Source: Ruminococcus sp. (lineage in GTDB: Bacteria; Bacillota; Clostridia; Oscillospirales; Acutalibacteraceae). From it: 46,145 nt of DNA. The notes beneath the pieces are model-generated. The model saw only the letters and a program-made list of their open reading frames with translations, had not been told where the DNA came from and did not search any database. A program made the translations under genes and the position numbers. Below are positions 8,162 through 17,467 of the stretch, piece after piece; positions within the stretch are counted from its first letter, which is position 1; every line of letters starts with the position of its first letter. The stretch is taken from the NCBI GenBank assembly GCA_051880995.1, contig JBJEPA010000279.1, forward strand, positions 1 to 46,145, in the 5' to 3' direction.

Positions 8162-9004
8162 TTAACCCTCCAGTTCTGCAAGCTTAGCTTCAAGCTCAGC
8201 CATAGCTATCTTATATTCTTCATCATTGGTTGCCTTTCCGTGCCAGCCAACCTGATTTTCCATAAAGCTTACGCCCTTGCCCTTGACAGTCTGCATCAGA
8301 ATTGCAGTAGGCATACCCTTTGTTTCTCTTGCATTTGCAAAAGCCTTGTCAAGCTCTTCAAAGGAATGACCGTCAACCTTAAGCACATTAAAGCCAAAGG
8401 AACGGAATTTGTCGTCCAAAGGTTCAATTCCGCCAACCTCAGCAACAGTACCGTCAATTTGAAGTCCGTTCTGGTCAACAATAACTACAAGGTTGTCAAG
8501 ATTGTTGTGACTTGCAAACATTGCAGCCTCCCAAACCTGACCTTCCTCACATTCACCGTCGCCAAGTACGGTATATACACGATAGTCCTTATTATCCATC
8601 TTAGCAGCCTTAGCCATACCGCAGGCAGTTGATACACCCTGACCCAAGGAGCCTGTGCTCATATCAATGCCGGGAGTACCCTTCATATCGGGATGACCCT
8701 GAAGCATTGCGCCTACATGACGAAGTGACTTAAGCTCTTCCCAGTCAAAGAAACCCTTAAGAGCAAGCACTGCATAAAGGGAAGGTGCACAGTGACCCTT
8801 GGAGAGAACAAATCTGTCCCTATCTGCCCAATCCGGGTTCTCAGGGTCAACATTCATCTCCTTGAAATAAAGGTAAGTAAAAACATCTGCGGCTGAAAGT
8901 GAACCGCCGGGGTGTCCTGACTTTGCGTTATAGGTGCCGATGATGGCACCCATTCTCGCCTTGGTTGCATTAATTTGTAACTGCTTAATTTCGCTAATCT
9001 CCAT
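8162..9004 (-). CDS. Transketolase N-terminal (TPP-binding) subunit
   Basis: SGHPGGSLS, DRFVLSKGH, TGSLGQG and GDGECEEG motifs. Confidence 0.93.
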   Translation of the reverse strand: MEISEIKQLQINATKARMGAIIGTYNAKSGHPGGSLSAADVFTYLYFKEMNVDPENPDWADRDRFVLSKGHCAPSLYAVLALKGFFDWEELKSLRHVGAMLQGHPDMKGTPGIDMSTGSLGQGVSTACGMAKAAKMDNKDYRVYTVLGDGECEEGQVWEAAMFASHNNLDNLVVIVDQNGLQIDGTVAEVGGIEPLDDKFRSFGFNVLKVDGHSFEELDKAFANARETKGMPTAILMQTVKGKGVSFMENQVGWHGKATNDEEYKIAMAELEAKLAELEG

Positions 9005-9159
9005 TGTTTAGCCTCCAGTTTTGTGCAAAATAATACTTTTAAATAATCGCAATTATCCATAGTATTGCTTGATAAGAATAACACAAAAGGCTCTTATGAA
9101 TATTCTGTAAAAGCAATATAATTGTCATTTTTCGGGATTTTTCTATAATTTACCTGTTT

Positions 9160-10356
9160 TTATCCCTTATATTTTTCCATTACAGCACTTAAAATATGAT
9201 GAGAAACTTCTCTTTTGGACAGCAACGGCAATGATTTTTCTTCGTTCTGGGTTATGATTGTAACCACATTTGTATCTGTGCCAAAACCTGCTCCCTGGGT
9301 TTTCAGGTTGTTGGCAACAATCATATCCATATTTTTCTTTGTCAGCTTTTTTCGGGAATTTTCCAGCATATTTTCTGTTTCCATAGAAAATCCGCAGATA
9401 AACTGACCCTTTCTTTTATGTTCACCAAGGTAGCCGATAATATCCTCTGTCCTCTTGAGTTTAATTTCGCCAAAATCTGTATTTGACTTTTTGATTTTTT
9501 CTTCAGCTGTGCTTACAGGTGTAAAGTCGGCAACAGCCGCCGCCTTTACCACTATATCCGCATTTTCAAAATTATCCTTAACAGCAAGGAACATATCCTT
9601 TGCCGACAATACATCTATTGTATTGATAAATGGGAGTTTTTGCAAAGAGGTTTTTCCGCTTACAAGGGTAACCTCCGCCCCTCTCAGCATTGCGTCATAA
9701 GCAATAGAATAACCCATTTTCCCTGTGGAATGGTTTGTGATATATCTTACGGGGTCAATCTGTTCCTGCGTTGCTCCCGCAGTCACAAGCACCCTTATAC
9801 CTTTCATATCCTTCTCGTATCTGCATTCCCTTTCAATATATTCAAAGAGAACCTCCGGAGAGGGCATCTTACCCTTGCCAACGGTTCCACAGGCAAGTCT
9901 GCCCTCATCTGCCTCAACAATCTCATAACCGTGGCGGACAAGCTTATCCATATTTTCCTGAACAATAGAATTTTCAAACATATTTGTGTTCATAGCAGGG
10001 ACAATGATTTTTTTGCATTTGCAAGCCATAATCGTGGTAGTGAGCATATCATCAGCTATACCGCCTGCAATTTTTCCGATAACATTTGCTGTGCAGGGGG
10101 CAATCATAAAGCAGTCAGCCCTCTGGGCAAGGCTGATGTGTTCAATTTCAAAGCTGTGACCTCTGTCAAAGGTATCTGTTATACATCTTCTGCCTGTCAG
10201 CGCCTCAAATGTGTTTGGCGTAATAAAATTTCCGGCATTTTCTGTCATAATCACGTCCACTGTGTATCCTGCCTTTACAAGCATAGAAACCAGATTGGGC
10301 GTCTTATAAGCCGCAATTCCGCCGGTTACGCCGATTACAACATTTTTTCCTTTCAT
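9160..10356 (-). CDS. coaBC: Bifunctional phosphopantothenoylcysteine decarboxylase / phosphopantothenate-cysteine ligase
   Basis: TGGIAAYK, PAMNTNM, LACG, IDPVRYITNHSTGKMG and AAAVADF motifs; start at MKGKNV. Confidence 0.95.
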   Translation of the reverse strand: MKGKNVVIGVTGGIAAYKTPNLVSMLVKAGYTVDVIMTENAGNFITPNTFEALTGRRCITDTFDRGHSFEIEHISLAQRADCFMIAPCTANVIGKIAGGIADDMLTTTIMACKCKKIIVPAMNTNMFENSIVQENMDKLVRHGYEIVEADEGRLACGTVGKGKMPSPEVLFEYIERECRYEKDMKGIRVLVTAGATQEQIDPVRYITNHSTGKMGYSIAYDAMLRGAEVTLVSGKTSLQKLPFINTIDVLSAKDMFLAVKDNFENADIVVKAAAVADFTPVSTAEEKIKKSNTDFGEIKLKRTEDIIGYLGEHKRKGQFICGFSMETENMLENSRKKLTKKNMDMIVANNLKTQGAGFGTDTNVVTIITQNEEKSLPLLSKREVSHHILSAVMEKYKG

Positions 10357-10593
10357 AATTATGACCATTCCTTTCCTGAGCAACAAAAGAATAATGAAAC
10401 TAATTAAAATTCACTGCACATCTTCACTATTATTTCTTACCTATTACCTAAAGTTTGAATTCTATTCAAACTTATGCCTCCTGTCACACAATTCACATTG
10501 AATATTTCTTATTTTCACTTCATACTATTAGCCTTACATTATAAGTTGATTATACCAAATAGGCAAAAAAAATCAATAAAAATCCCTTTTCAC

Positions 10594-10623
10594 TTGACTT
10601 TACTACGTTAATTAAGGCATAAT
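10594..10623 (+). promoter_or_regulatory. Putative sigma-A promoter of coaX-birA
   Basis: TTGACT-18-CATAAT. Confidence 0.45.
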
Positions 10624-10726
10624 TAAGGAAACACTGATACAATTTGTACATAACTGATACATCTTTGGTATTTTTTAAGGTGACATAAATCACCCGTACT
10701 ATAAATTTACTTTTTAGGAGCAACAA

Positions 10727-11500
10727 ATGTTACTGGCAATTGATATAGGCAACACAAATATTGTAATTGGAGTAATACAAAAGGACAAAATTATCTTCAC
10801 AGGCAGGCTTGCCACCGACAAGGTGAAAACTGCCGACGAATACGCATTACAGTTTAACGGTATGATGGAGCTTCACAATGTGGATAAGTCGGAAATAGAG
10901 GGCGTAATTATCAGTTCTGTAGTTCCTCCCCTTATCCTCACAATGAAGCGTGCCATTAAAAAGCTGACAGGCAAAGACCCCCTAATCCTTGGCCCCGGAC
11001 TTAAAACAGGACTGAACATCAAGCTGGACAACCCTGCACAGCTTGGATGCGACAAGGTTGCTGACGCTGTGGCGGCTATCAACAAATACCCTATGCCTGC
11101 AATGATAATTGATATGGGAACAGCCACAACAGTTTCTGTAATTGATAAAAACAAGGAGTATCTTGGAGGACTGATTATCCCGGGAATACGCATAAGCCAG
11201 GAGGCACTTTCATCCTCCACAAGCCAGCTACCCCGGATAAGCCTTGAAAAGCCTGAAAAGGTAATCGGCAAAAACACTATTGACTGTATGAAAAGCGGTG
11301 CTATCTACGGAACAGCGTCTATGATTGACGGTCTTGCCGACAGAATTGAGGAAGAGTTGGGAGAAAAACTGACTGTTATTATCACAGGCGGAAACTCCGA
11401 CTCTATTGTTTCCGTTTGTAAAAGAGAAATAATTTACGACAGCAATTTACTTCTGGACGGTCTTAACATCATATATAAGAAAAATAAGAAAAAAGAGTGA
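10727..11500 (+). CDS. coaX: Type III pantothenate kinase
   Basis: LAIDIGNTN, SSVVP, IDMGTATT and ITGG motifs. Confidence 0.95.
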   Translation: MLLAIDIGNTNIVIGVIQKDKIIFTGRLATDKVKTADEYALQFNGMMELHNVDKSEIEGVIISSVVPPLILTMKRAIKKLTGKDPLILGPGLKTGLNIKLDNPAQLGCDKVADAVAAINKYPMPAMIIDMGTATTVSVIDKNKEYLGGLIIPGIRISQEALSSSTSQLPRISLEKPEKVIGKNTIDCMKSGAIYGTASMIDGLADRIEEELGEKLTVIITGGNSDSIVSVCKREIIYDSNLLLDGLNIIYKKNKKKE

Positions 11501-11504
11501 GAAA

Positions 11505-12470
11505 ATGAAAAACGAAATTTTACAATTATTAAAGGAGAAAAACACCTTTGTAAGCGGACAGGCGTTGTGTGAAAAATTCAATGTAAGCCGGACTGCGGTG
11601 TGGAAGGCAATAAACAGTCTTAAGGAAACAGGCTATGTGATTGAATCTGTCACCAACAAGGGATACCGACTTGTAAGCTCACCGGACATTGTAAATGAAT
11701 CCGAAATAAAAAGTATGCTTAAAACATCTCTCATAGGCAAGGAAATCATTGTTCTGGAGTCAGTTGGCTCAACTAACGATTACATAAAGGCAAATGCCCA
11801 AAAGCTAAAGGACGGAACTGTGGTTACAGCCAGAGAGCAGACAAAGGGAAAGGGTAGGCTTGGAAGAGTGTGGAAAAACAAAAAGGATGACGACATTAGT
11901 TTTTCCTTTATTTTGCGACCAAGCCTTTCACCAATGGAGGTTTCTGCAATCACACCGCTATGCGGACTTGCAGTTGCAAAGGGGTTAAACGAATATTTTG
12001 ACTTTGACGCAAAAATAAAGTGGCCAAACGATATTATAGTGGGCAACAAAAAAATCTGCGGAATGCTTACAGAAATGAGCTGTGAGTTTGACCGCCTTGA
12101 ATACCTTGTTGTGGGCATAGGAATTAATGTGATGAGCAAGGATTTTCCGGAAGAAATTGCCCACAAGGCTACCTCCTGTGCCTTGGAAAGCCACAAGGAA
12201 ATAAATAAAAATCAGCTTTTGGCTATTATTCTTGAGAAAATCGAGGACATCCTCCTTGGGGGGAATTACCGCTTTAACAGGGAGAATCTTGACGAATACA
12301 AGGCTTGCTGTGCCACCCTTGGCAGAAAGGTAACCTTCTCCCGCAGGGGAGAAAGGGTTGAGGGTGTTGCTACCGACATAAACAACGAGGGTGAGCTTGT
12401 TGTCACATTGCCTGACAACACAACCGAAACCGTATTTAGCGGAGAGGTCACCGCACAGGGAATTTATTAA
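11505..12470 (+). CDS. birA: Bifunctional biotin-[acetyl-CoA carboxylase] ligase / repressor
   Basis: N-terminal HTH (VSRTAVWK), STND, QTKGKGRLGR, KWPND and KKICG motifs. Confidence 0.95.
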   Translation: MKNEILQLLKEKNTFVSGQALCEKFNVSRTAVWKAINSLKETGYVIESVTNKGYRLVSSPDIVNESEIKSMLKTSLIGKEIIVLESVGSTNDYIKANAQKLKDGTVVTAREQTKGKGRLGRVWKNKKDDDISFSFILRPSLSPMEVSAITPLCGLAVAKGLNEYFDFDAKIKWPNDIIVGNKKICGMLTEMSCEFDRLEYLVVGIGINVMSKDFPEEIAHKATSCALESHKEINKNQLLAIILEKIEDILLGGNYRFNRENLDEYKACCATLGRKVTFSRRGERVEGVATDINNEGELVVTLPDNTTETVFSGEVTAQGIY

Positions 12471-12487
12471 TTTGGAACACTTTTATA

Positions 12488-12519
12488 AGGACTGCCGAAT
12501 AATCCGGCGGTCTTTTTTT
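12488..12519 (+). terminator. Intrinsic terminator after birA
   Basis: AGGACTGCCG-aataatc-CGGCGGTCTT then a T run. Confidence 0.8.
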
Positions 12520-12538
12520 ATAAAAAAATCCATACATT

Positions 12539-12568
12539 TCATATTAAGACGGACTTGGGGCATACTGT
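12539..12568 (+). promoter_or_regulatory. Putative sigma-E (sporulation) promoter of the lipase gene
   Basis: TCATATT-15-CATACTGT resembles the Bacillus sigma-E consensus. Confidence 0.45.
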
Positions 12569-12582
12569 TAAGGGTGATTGAA

Positions 12583-13674
12583 ATGATAGAAAACTTAACA
12601 AAACACAACATAAACTTTACTACAGAATACTGCAAAAGGAATATGACCGTTCCCGTTGTTTACAGCGACGATTACTTACGAAATGAAATGCTGGATTTAA
12701 ACCTGGCAAGGCTGTGCTGTACCCTGTGCTGTTGCAGTTATGACGAAGAAATTTTGAAGAAAGCCTTTACTGACGCTGAATTTACCGACATAAAGGCAAT
12801 ATATTCTCCCCCTGCGGAGAACACGGCATCTGTTTGCATAGCACGAAAAGGGAAAAATCTGTTTATTGTCATAAGGGGAACCGAGGGTGAAGAATGGTAC
12901 AACAATTTCCGCACCGGTATTGAGGATACGCATCAGGGCTACTATGACACAGTAAAATTTTTAAGACCTCTTCTCAATGAATACATCCAGTCCGATTATC
13001 GACTGCTTTTCACAGGTCATTCCCGTGGAGGAGCTCTCAGCAATCTCCTTGCCTCCGACCTTATTAAATCGGGAAGAGAAAATGTCTTTGCCTACACCTT
13101 TGCCTGCCCCAATGTCACCACCAAAGATGAGGTTTACAGTCATAGATTCTGCAATATTTACAACTTTGTATATGAGGACGACTTTATCACCCATTGTCCC
13201 CTAAGGGAATGGGGCTACAACCGCTACGGTAACACCATTCGATTTAAAACGCAGGAGATAAATTATAAAAAGCTGAAAAAATCCTTTAAGGAGCTAACCA
13301 ACATTGACTTTGTTACCTTTAATGACTGTGGTGAAATGGTTGACACCTTTACTGACACAGCACTAAGGCTTGCCTCAAACCCATATGAATACTACAACAA
13401 GGGGTATCTTGTAGATGAAAGCTACCTCACCCTTTATGATTACTTTCAGACAATATGTGATGTTTTTACCGACAATAACAGTTTTGATGCCGGAATAACC
13501 CTCCTTGCCACAAAGCTTTCTGCATTTGCGCCTATTAGCAATTTTCTTGTAAGCGGAATTGATATTCCATCTCTACTTTCACAGGGAAATGCAGAAAACT
13601 CCTGTGCAATGTTTGCCCATTCCTGCCTTACCTATCTGTGTTTGCTGAACACACAGAAAATCAAGGCACCGTGA
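12583..13674 (+). CDS. Class 3 lipase / alpha-beta hydrolase
   Basis: IRGT, GHSRGG nucleophile elbow, YTFACP and DFIT motifs. Start placed at ATG 12583, downstream of the birA terminator. Confidence 0.85.
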   Translation: MIENLTKHNINFTTEYCKRNMTVPVVYSDDYLRNEMLDLNLARLCCTLCCCSYDEEILKKAFTDAEFTDIKAIYSPPAENTASVCIARKGKNLFIVIRGTEGEEWYNNFRTGIEDTHQGYYDTVKFLRPLLNEYIQSDYRLLFTGHSRGGALSNLLASDLIKSGRENVFAYTFACPNVTTKDEVYSHRFCNIYNFVYEDDFITHCPLREWGYNRYGNTIRFKTQEINYKKLKKSFKELTNIDFVTFNDCGEMVDTFTDTALRLASNPYEYYNKGYLVDESYLTLYDYFQTICDVFTDNNSFDAGITLLATKLSAFAPISNFLVSGIDIPSLLSQGNAENSCAMFAHSCLTYLCLLNTQKIKAP

Positions 13675-13682
13675 CATCTTAT

Positions 13683-13745
13683 TCAACACTTAGATTTAGG
13701 GTTAATGGAGTTAAAACTCTCAGTCTTAAGGTTAAAGTAAAATAA
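13683..13745 (+). pseudogene. Orphan 3' fragment of a paralog of the Ig-domain gene
   Basis: Translates STLRFRVNGVKTLSLKVKVK-stop, versus TTLKIKVNGVKTLSLKVTVK-stop at the end of the gene at 2-1249; no start codon or upstream frame. Confidence 0.8.
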
Positions 13746-13761
13746 CAAGTGATAAAGCAAA

Positions 13762-13794
13762 AGCCAAGAGGATTAAACCTCTTGGCTCATTTTT
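13762..13794. terminator. Terminator between the lipase and citrate synthase genes, probably bidirectional
   Basis: AGCCAAGAGG-attaaa-CCTCTTGGCT with A/T-rich flanks; resembles the terminator at 1265. Confidence 0.8.
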
Positions 13795-13806
13795 ATACCA
13801 CAAATA

Positions 13807-15168
13807 TTACTTACGGTCGTCCATATGAACATACTCAACTCTATCGTGAACATTCCTGTATGCAGGACGAATAATCTTGCTTGGGTTAACAAGCTCTTCA
13901 ATTCTGTGTGCAGACCAACCGCTTACTCTTGCAATGGCAAACAGAGGTGTAAACAGCTTTGTTGGCAAATCAAGCATACTGTAAACAAAACCGCTGTAAA
14001 AATCCACATTAGCGGAGATTTTCTTGTCGGTTTTTCTTCTTTCCATAATAAGCTCTGCGGCAATCTCTTCAACATTGCAGTAAAGCTGATACTCTGCCTG
14101 TCTTCCCTTTTCTTCTGAAAGGGATTTTACAAAGCCCTTGAACACCCTTGCCCTTGGGTCAGACACAGTATAAACAGCATGACCCATACCGTAGATAAGT
14201 CCTGTTTTGTCAAATGCCTCTTTGTCAAGGATTTTTGTAAGATATGCTCTTATCTGATCCTTGTCATTATAGTCGGTGATATTCTTCTTGATATGGTTAA
14301 ACATCTTTACAACCTTGATGTTTGCACCGCCATGCTTTGGTCCCTTAAGGGAACATAGAGCCGCCGCAATAGCGGAGTAGGTGTCTGTGCCGGAGGAGGT
14401 TACAACATGGGTTGTAAATGTGGAGTTGTTACCACCGCCATGCTCAGCGTGAAGTACAAGTGCCATATCAAGGAGCTTTGCCTCCAGCTTTGTGTACTGG
14501 CTGTCGGGACGGAGCATATACAGAATATTCTCCGCTGTGGAAAGTCCCATCTGTGGTGAATGTATAAAAAGGCTCTGCTTGTTGTGGAAGTAGTTAAATG
14601 CCTGGTAGCTGTAAACCGCCAAAACAGGCAGAAGTGCAATAAGTTGCAAACACTGTCTAAGAACATTGGGAACAGAGGTGTCCTCTGCCTTTTCGTCATA
14701 GCTGTACAGGGTGAGAACTTCCTTAGCCAAAGCGTTCATAATATTTCTTGAAGGAGCCTTCATAATAATATCACGAACAAATGAGTCAGGCAGGGTTCTG
14801 TAATAGCTAAGGAGATTATTGAACTTATCAAACTGCTCCTTGTTGGGCAATTCCCCTGTAAGGAGAAGGTAGGTAATTTCCTCAAAGCCATAGTGTTCGT
14901 CATGGATAAATCCCTTGACTAAATCTTCTATGCTATATCCTCTGTAATATAACTCACCGGGAATGGAAATTCTCTTGCCATCCTTGTGGGTTACAGAGGT
15001 AACCTCGGATATTTCGGTAAGGCCTGTAAGAACACCCTTTCCGTCTGCATCACGCAAACCTCTCTTAACCTCGTACTTTGTGTAGTATTCGGGGTCAATA
15101 TATCCGTTCTTGCAACAGAGCTGACTAAGCTCAACAATTTCAGGTGTCAAATCGCTATATCTTTTCAT
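13807..15168 (-). CDS. gltA: Citrate synthase (Si-type, citrate/2-methylcitrate family)
   Basis: LHAEHGGGNNST, GPKHGGAN, YGMGHAVY, DPR, ANVDFYSG and IIRP motifs. Confidence 0.92.
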   Translation of the reverse strand: MKRYSDLTPEIVELSQLCCKNGYIDPEYYTKYEVKRGLRDADGKGVLTGLTEISEVTSVTHKDGKRISIPGELYYRGYSIEDLVKGFIHDEHYGFEEITYLLLTGELPNKEQFDKFNNLLSYYRTLPDSFVRDIIMKAPSRNIMNALAKEVLTLYSYDEKAEDTSVPNVLRQCLQLIALLPVLAVYSYQAFNYFHNKQSLFIHSPQMGLSTAENILYMLRPDSQYTKLEAKLLDMALVLHAEHGGGNNSTFTTHVVTSSGTDTYSAIAAALCSLKGPKHGGANIKVVKMFNHIKKNITDYNDKDQIRAYLTKILDKEAFDKTGLIYGMGHAVYTVSDPRARVFKGFVKSLSEEKGRQAEYQLYCNVEEIAAELIMERRKTDKKISANVDFYSGFVYSMLDLPTKLFTPLFAIARVSGWSAHRIEELVNPSKIIRPAYRNVHDRVEYVHMDDRK

Positions 15169-15224
15169 TCAATCACTTCCTCAAAGGGTATATTTTTCTT
15201 ATCATATGTTAAAATAATAACGAT

Positions 15225-15253
15225 ATTATAACATAAATTTAAAGTAATGGCAA
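15225..15253 (-). promoter_or_regulatory. Proximal sigma-A promoter of citrate synthase
   Basis: TTGCCA-17-TATAAT with an extended -10 TG. Confidence 0.6.
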
Positions 15254-15315
15254 TATACAAAAAATTGTATAATATATATTTATTATTTCTTATCAATAAA
15301 TATGACAGATAGGGA

Positions 15316-15407
15316 CAATAAAACAGGCGTCCGTATTGTGGACGCCTGTGTCTTGCTTTCAAATATTCACCTTAGTAATTATACAACAAATTTTGCGTTT
15401 TTGTCAA
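15316..15407 (-). promoter_or_regulatory. Distal promoter plus terminator with an overlapping ANTAR-like hairpin; the terminator may also end ilvB transcription
   Basis: TTGACA (15407-15402)-18-TATAAT (15383-15378); stem ACAGGCGTCC/GGACGCCTGT then TTTATT; hairpin GAC-ACAGGC-GTC at 15352-15341. Confidence 0.55.
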
Positions 15408-15425
15408 CCGGTACTGATATATGAA

Positions 15426-17096
15426 TCAGTCCATAGCTGTAATAATATCATCTGCTGTTTTTCCCGGAGGAATCATTGGCAGAACATTCTCGTCAGGACT
15501 GATTACACAGTCAACCACAACAGGCTCATTCATATCGTAAGCCTTCTTAAGTACAGAGGAAATCTCCTCAGGCTTTGTAATTCTAAGTCCCTTTAGTCCA
15601 TAGCCCTTGGCAACCTCAACAAAGTCTGTGGCACGGTGTGGGTCTGTCTGTGAGAAATGATTGTTATAGAACAGCTTTTGCCACTGACGAACCATACCCA
15701 GAACAGAGTTGTTCATTACAACTACTACAACAGGAATATTGTATGACTTAAGGGTCACAAGCTCATTGATGTTCATATGGAAAGAACCGTCACCTGTTAC
15801 AAGGAAAACCCTCTTATCCTTATTTGCCATGCTTGCACCGATGGAAGCACCAAGACCAAAGCCCATTGTACCAAGACCACCTGATGTAAGGAAAGTACGA
15901 GGTTCAAAAAATTCTGTCCTCTGTGCTACCCACATCTGATGCTGTCCAACATCAGTTGCAACAATGTCCTTCCTCTGCTTAATTTCATTTATTGCGTCTA
16001 AAATCTGATATGGATGGCAGTAGCCGTCTTTATTCACTCCACTGATGGTAACCTGCTTTTTCCAGTCTGATATCTCCTTAATCCAAGCACTGTTGTCCTT
16101 TTGCTCAATGCCGTTACAAAGCTTTACTATAGTGTCCTTAAGGTCGCCAACAATCCAGTTATCAACCTTAACATTCTTCTGAATTTCATTTTCATCAATA
16201 TCCATATGGATAATCTTAGCCTGTTCACCGAATTTCTCTCTGTCACCTGCAACTCGGTCGGAAAATCTTGCACCACAGGCGATAATCAAATCGGCATTGT
16301 CTGTTGCCATACCTGTTTCATATCCACCGTGCATACCGATATTTCCTACAAAGAGAGGATGGTCGGCAGGCATACAGCCAAGTCCCATAAGAGAACAGCA
16401 AACAGGAGCGTCAATAAGCTCTGCAAGCTTTACAAATTCCTCGCTTGCGTTGGCAGAAATAATACCTCCACCGGCATAAATGATGGGTCTTTTTGCCTCA
16501 CTGATTAACTGCTGCGCCTCTTTGATTACACTGTCCTTAACATCACAGTTGTTTTTAACCTCAACCTTAGGCTGTCTTGTGTATTCACACTTCATCGCTG
16601 TTATATCCTTTGGAACATCAATGAGAACAGGGCCCTTTCTTCCGCTTTGGGCAATTTCAAAAGCCTTGCGTATTGTTGGAGCTAAGTCCTCCATCTCCAT
16701 AACAAGGAAAGATGCTTTTGTAATTGGCTTTACAACGCTGGCAATATCAACCTCCTGAAAGGCATCTCGGCCAAGCAAATCCCTTTGAACATTTCCGCAG
16801 ATTGCAACAACGGGAATGGAATCTATATTTGCTGTGGCAAGTCCTGTAACAAGGTTTGTAGCGCCGGGGCCGGAGGTTGAAAATACAACTCCAACCTTGC
16901 CTGTTGAACGGGCATATCCGTCCGCTGCATGGGAAGCACCCTGCTCGTGAGCAGTAAGGATATGTGTGATTTTATCCCTGTATTTATATAGAGCATCATA
17001 TGTATTCAGTGCAGCTCCTCCCGGATAACCAAACACTGTGTCAACTCCCTGTTCAAGCAAACATTCACAAATAATATCTGCACCTGTAAGTAACAT
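15426..17096 (-). CDS. ilvB: Acetolactate synthase large subunit
   Basis: FGYPGG, HEQGA, TSGPGATN, DVGQHQMW, GDGSFHMN and LGMVRQWQ motifs. Confidence 0.95.
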   Translation of the reverse strand: MLLTGADIICECLLEQGVDTVFGYPGGAALNTYDALYKYRDKITHILTAHEQGASHAADGYARSTGKVGVVFSTSGPGATNLVTGLATANIDSIPVVAICGNVQRDLLGRDAFQEVDIASVVKPITKASFLVMEMEDLAPTIRKAFEIAQSGRKGPVLIDVPKDITAMKCEYTRQPKVEVKNNCDVKDSVIKEAQQLISEAKRPIIYAGGGIISANASEEFVKLAELIDAPVCCSLMGLGCMPADHPLFVGNIGMHGGYETGMATDNADLIIACGARFSDRVAGDREKFGEQAKIIHMDIDENEIQKNVKVDNWIVGDLKDTIVKLCNGIEQKDNSAWIKEISDWKKQVTISGVNKDGYCHPYQILDAINEIKQRKDIVATDVGQHQMWVAQRTEFFEPRTFLTSGGLGTMGFGLGASIGASMANKDKRVFLVTGDGSFHMNINELVTLKSYNIPVVVVVMNNSVLGMVRQWQKLFYNNHFSQTDPHRATDFVEVAKGYGLKGLRITKPEEISSVLKKAYDMNEPVVVDCVISPDENVLPMIPPGKTADDIITAMD

Positions 17097-17154
17097 ATTT
17101 CCCCATCCTTCTCTAAAATATCTTCATTTTTACAAGAACCAAAGCATAAACAAT

Positions 17155-17410
17155 AAAAAAACTCCGCCTCTGTAAGAGACGAAGCTAACACCCCGTGGTA
17201 CCACTCTAATTCGCTGAAACAGCCTTATTCTACATCAGGAAAAATCCGAATGCTGTCCCGATAACGCAGGACAAACGTAACAGCTTAATTACTAACGCTT
17301 TAGGCTGTTAAGCTAACGGGCTACTTTCAACCGCCTGTACTACTGTCTTGCACCCTCCGACAGCTCTCTGAAAATACCACAGCAACCTACTTCTCCCGGT
17401 CAACGCTTTT
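17155..17410 (-). ncRNA. T-box riboswitch upstream of ilvB, probable Val (GUA) specifier
   Basis: Minus strand has the AG box (AGAGA), specifier loop GAAAGUAG with GUA at 17324-17322, T-box AATTAGAGTGGTACCACG, and terminator CTTCGTCTCT/AGAGGCGGAG followed by T7. Confidence 0.92.
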
Positions 17411-17467
17411 GTTCTTTAAAATTTTCTTGCATTTTCTTAAGAAAATGCCCTTTATTTTCCTTTTAAT

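Noticed and set aside
9640-10407. 255-aa plus-strand ORF
   Set aside because: Antisense to coaBC, with no recognisable protein features.
12391-12582. Longer lipase start
   Set aside because: Overlaps birA and crosses its terminator.
15165-15362. 65-aa ORF upstream of citrate synthase as a leader peptide
   Set aside because: TTG start without an RBS, and it spans a terminator and promoter in AT-rich DNA.
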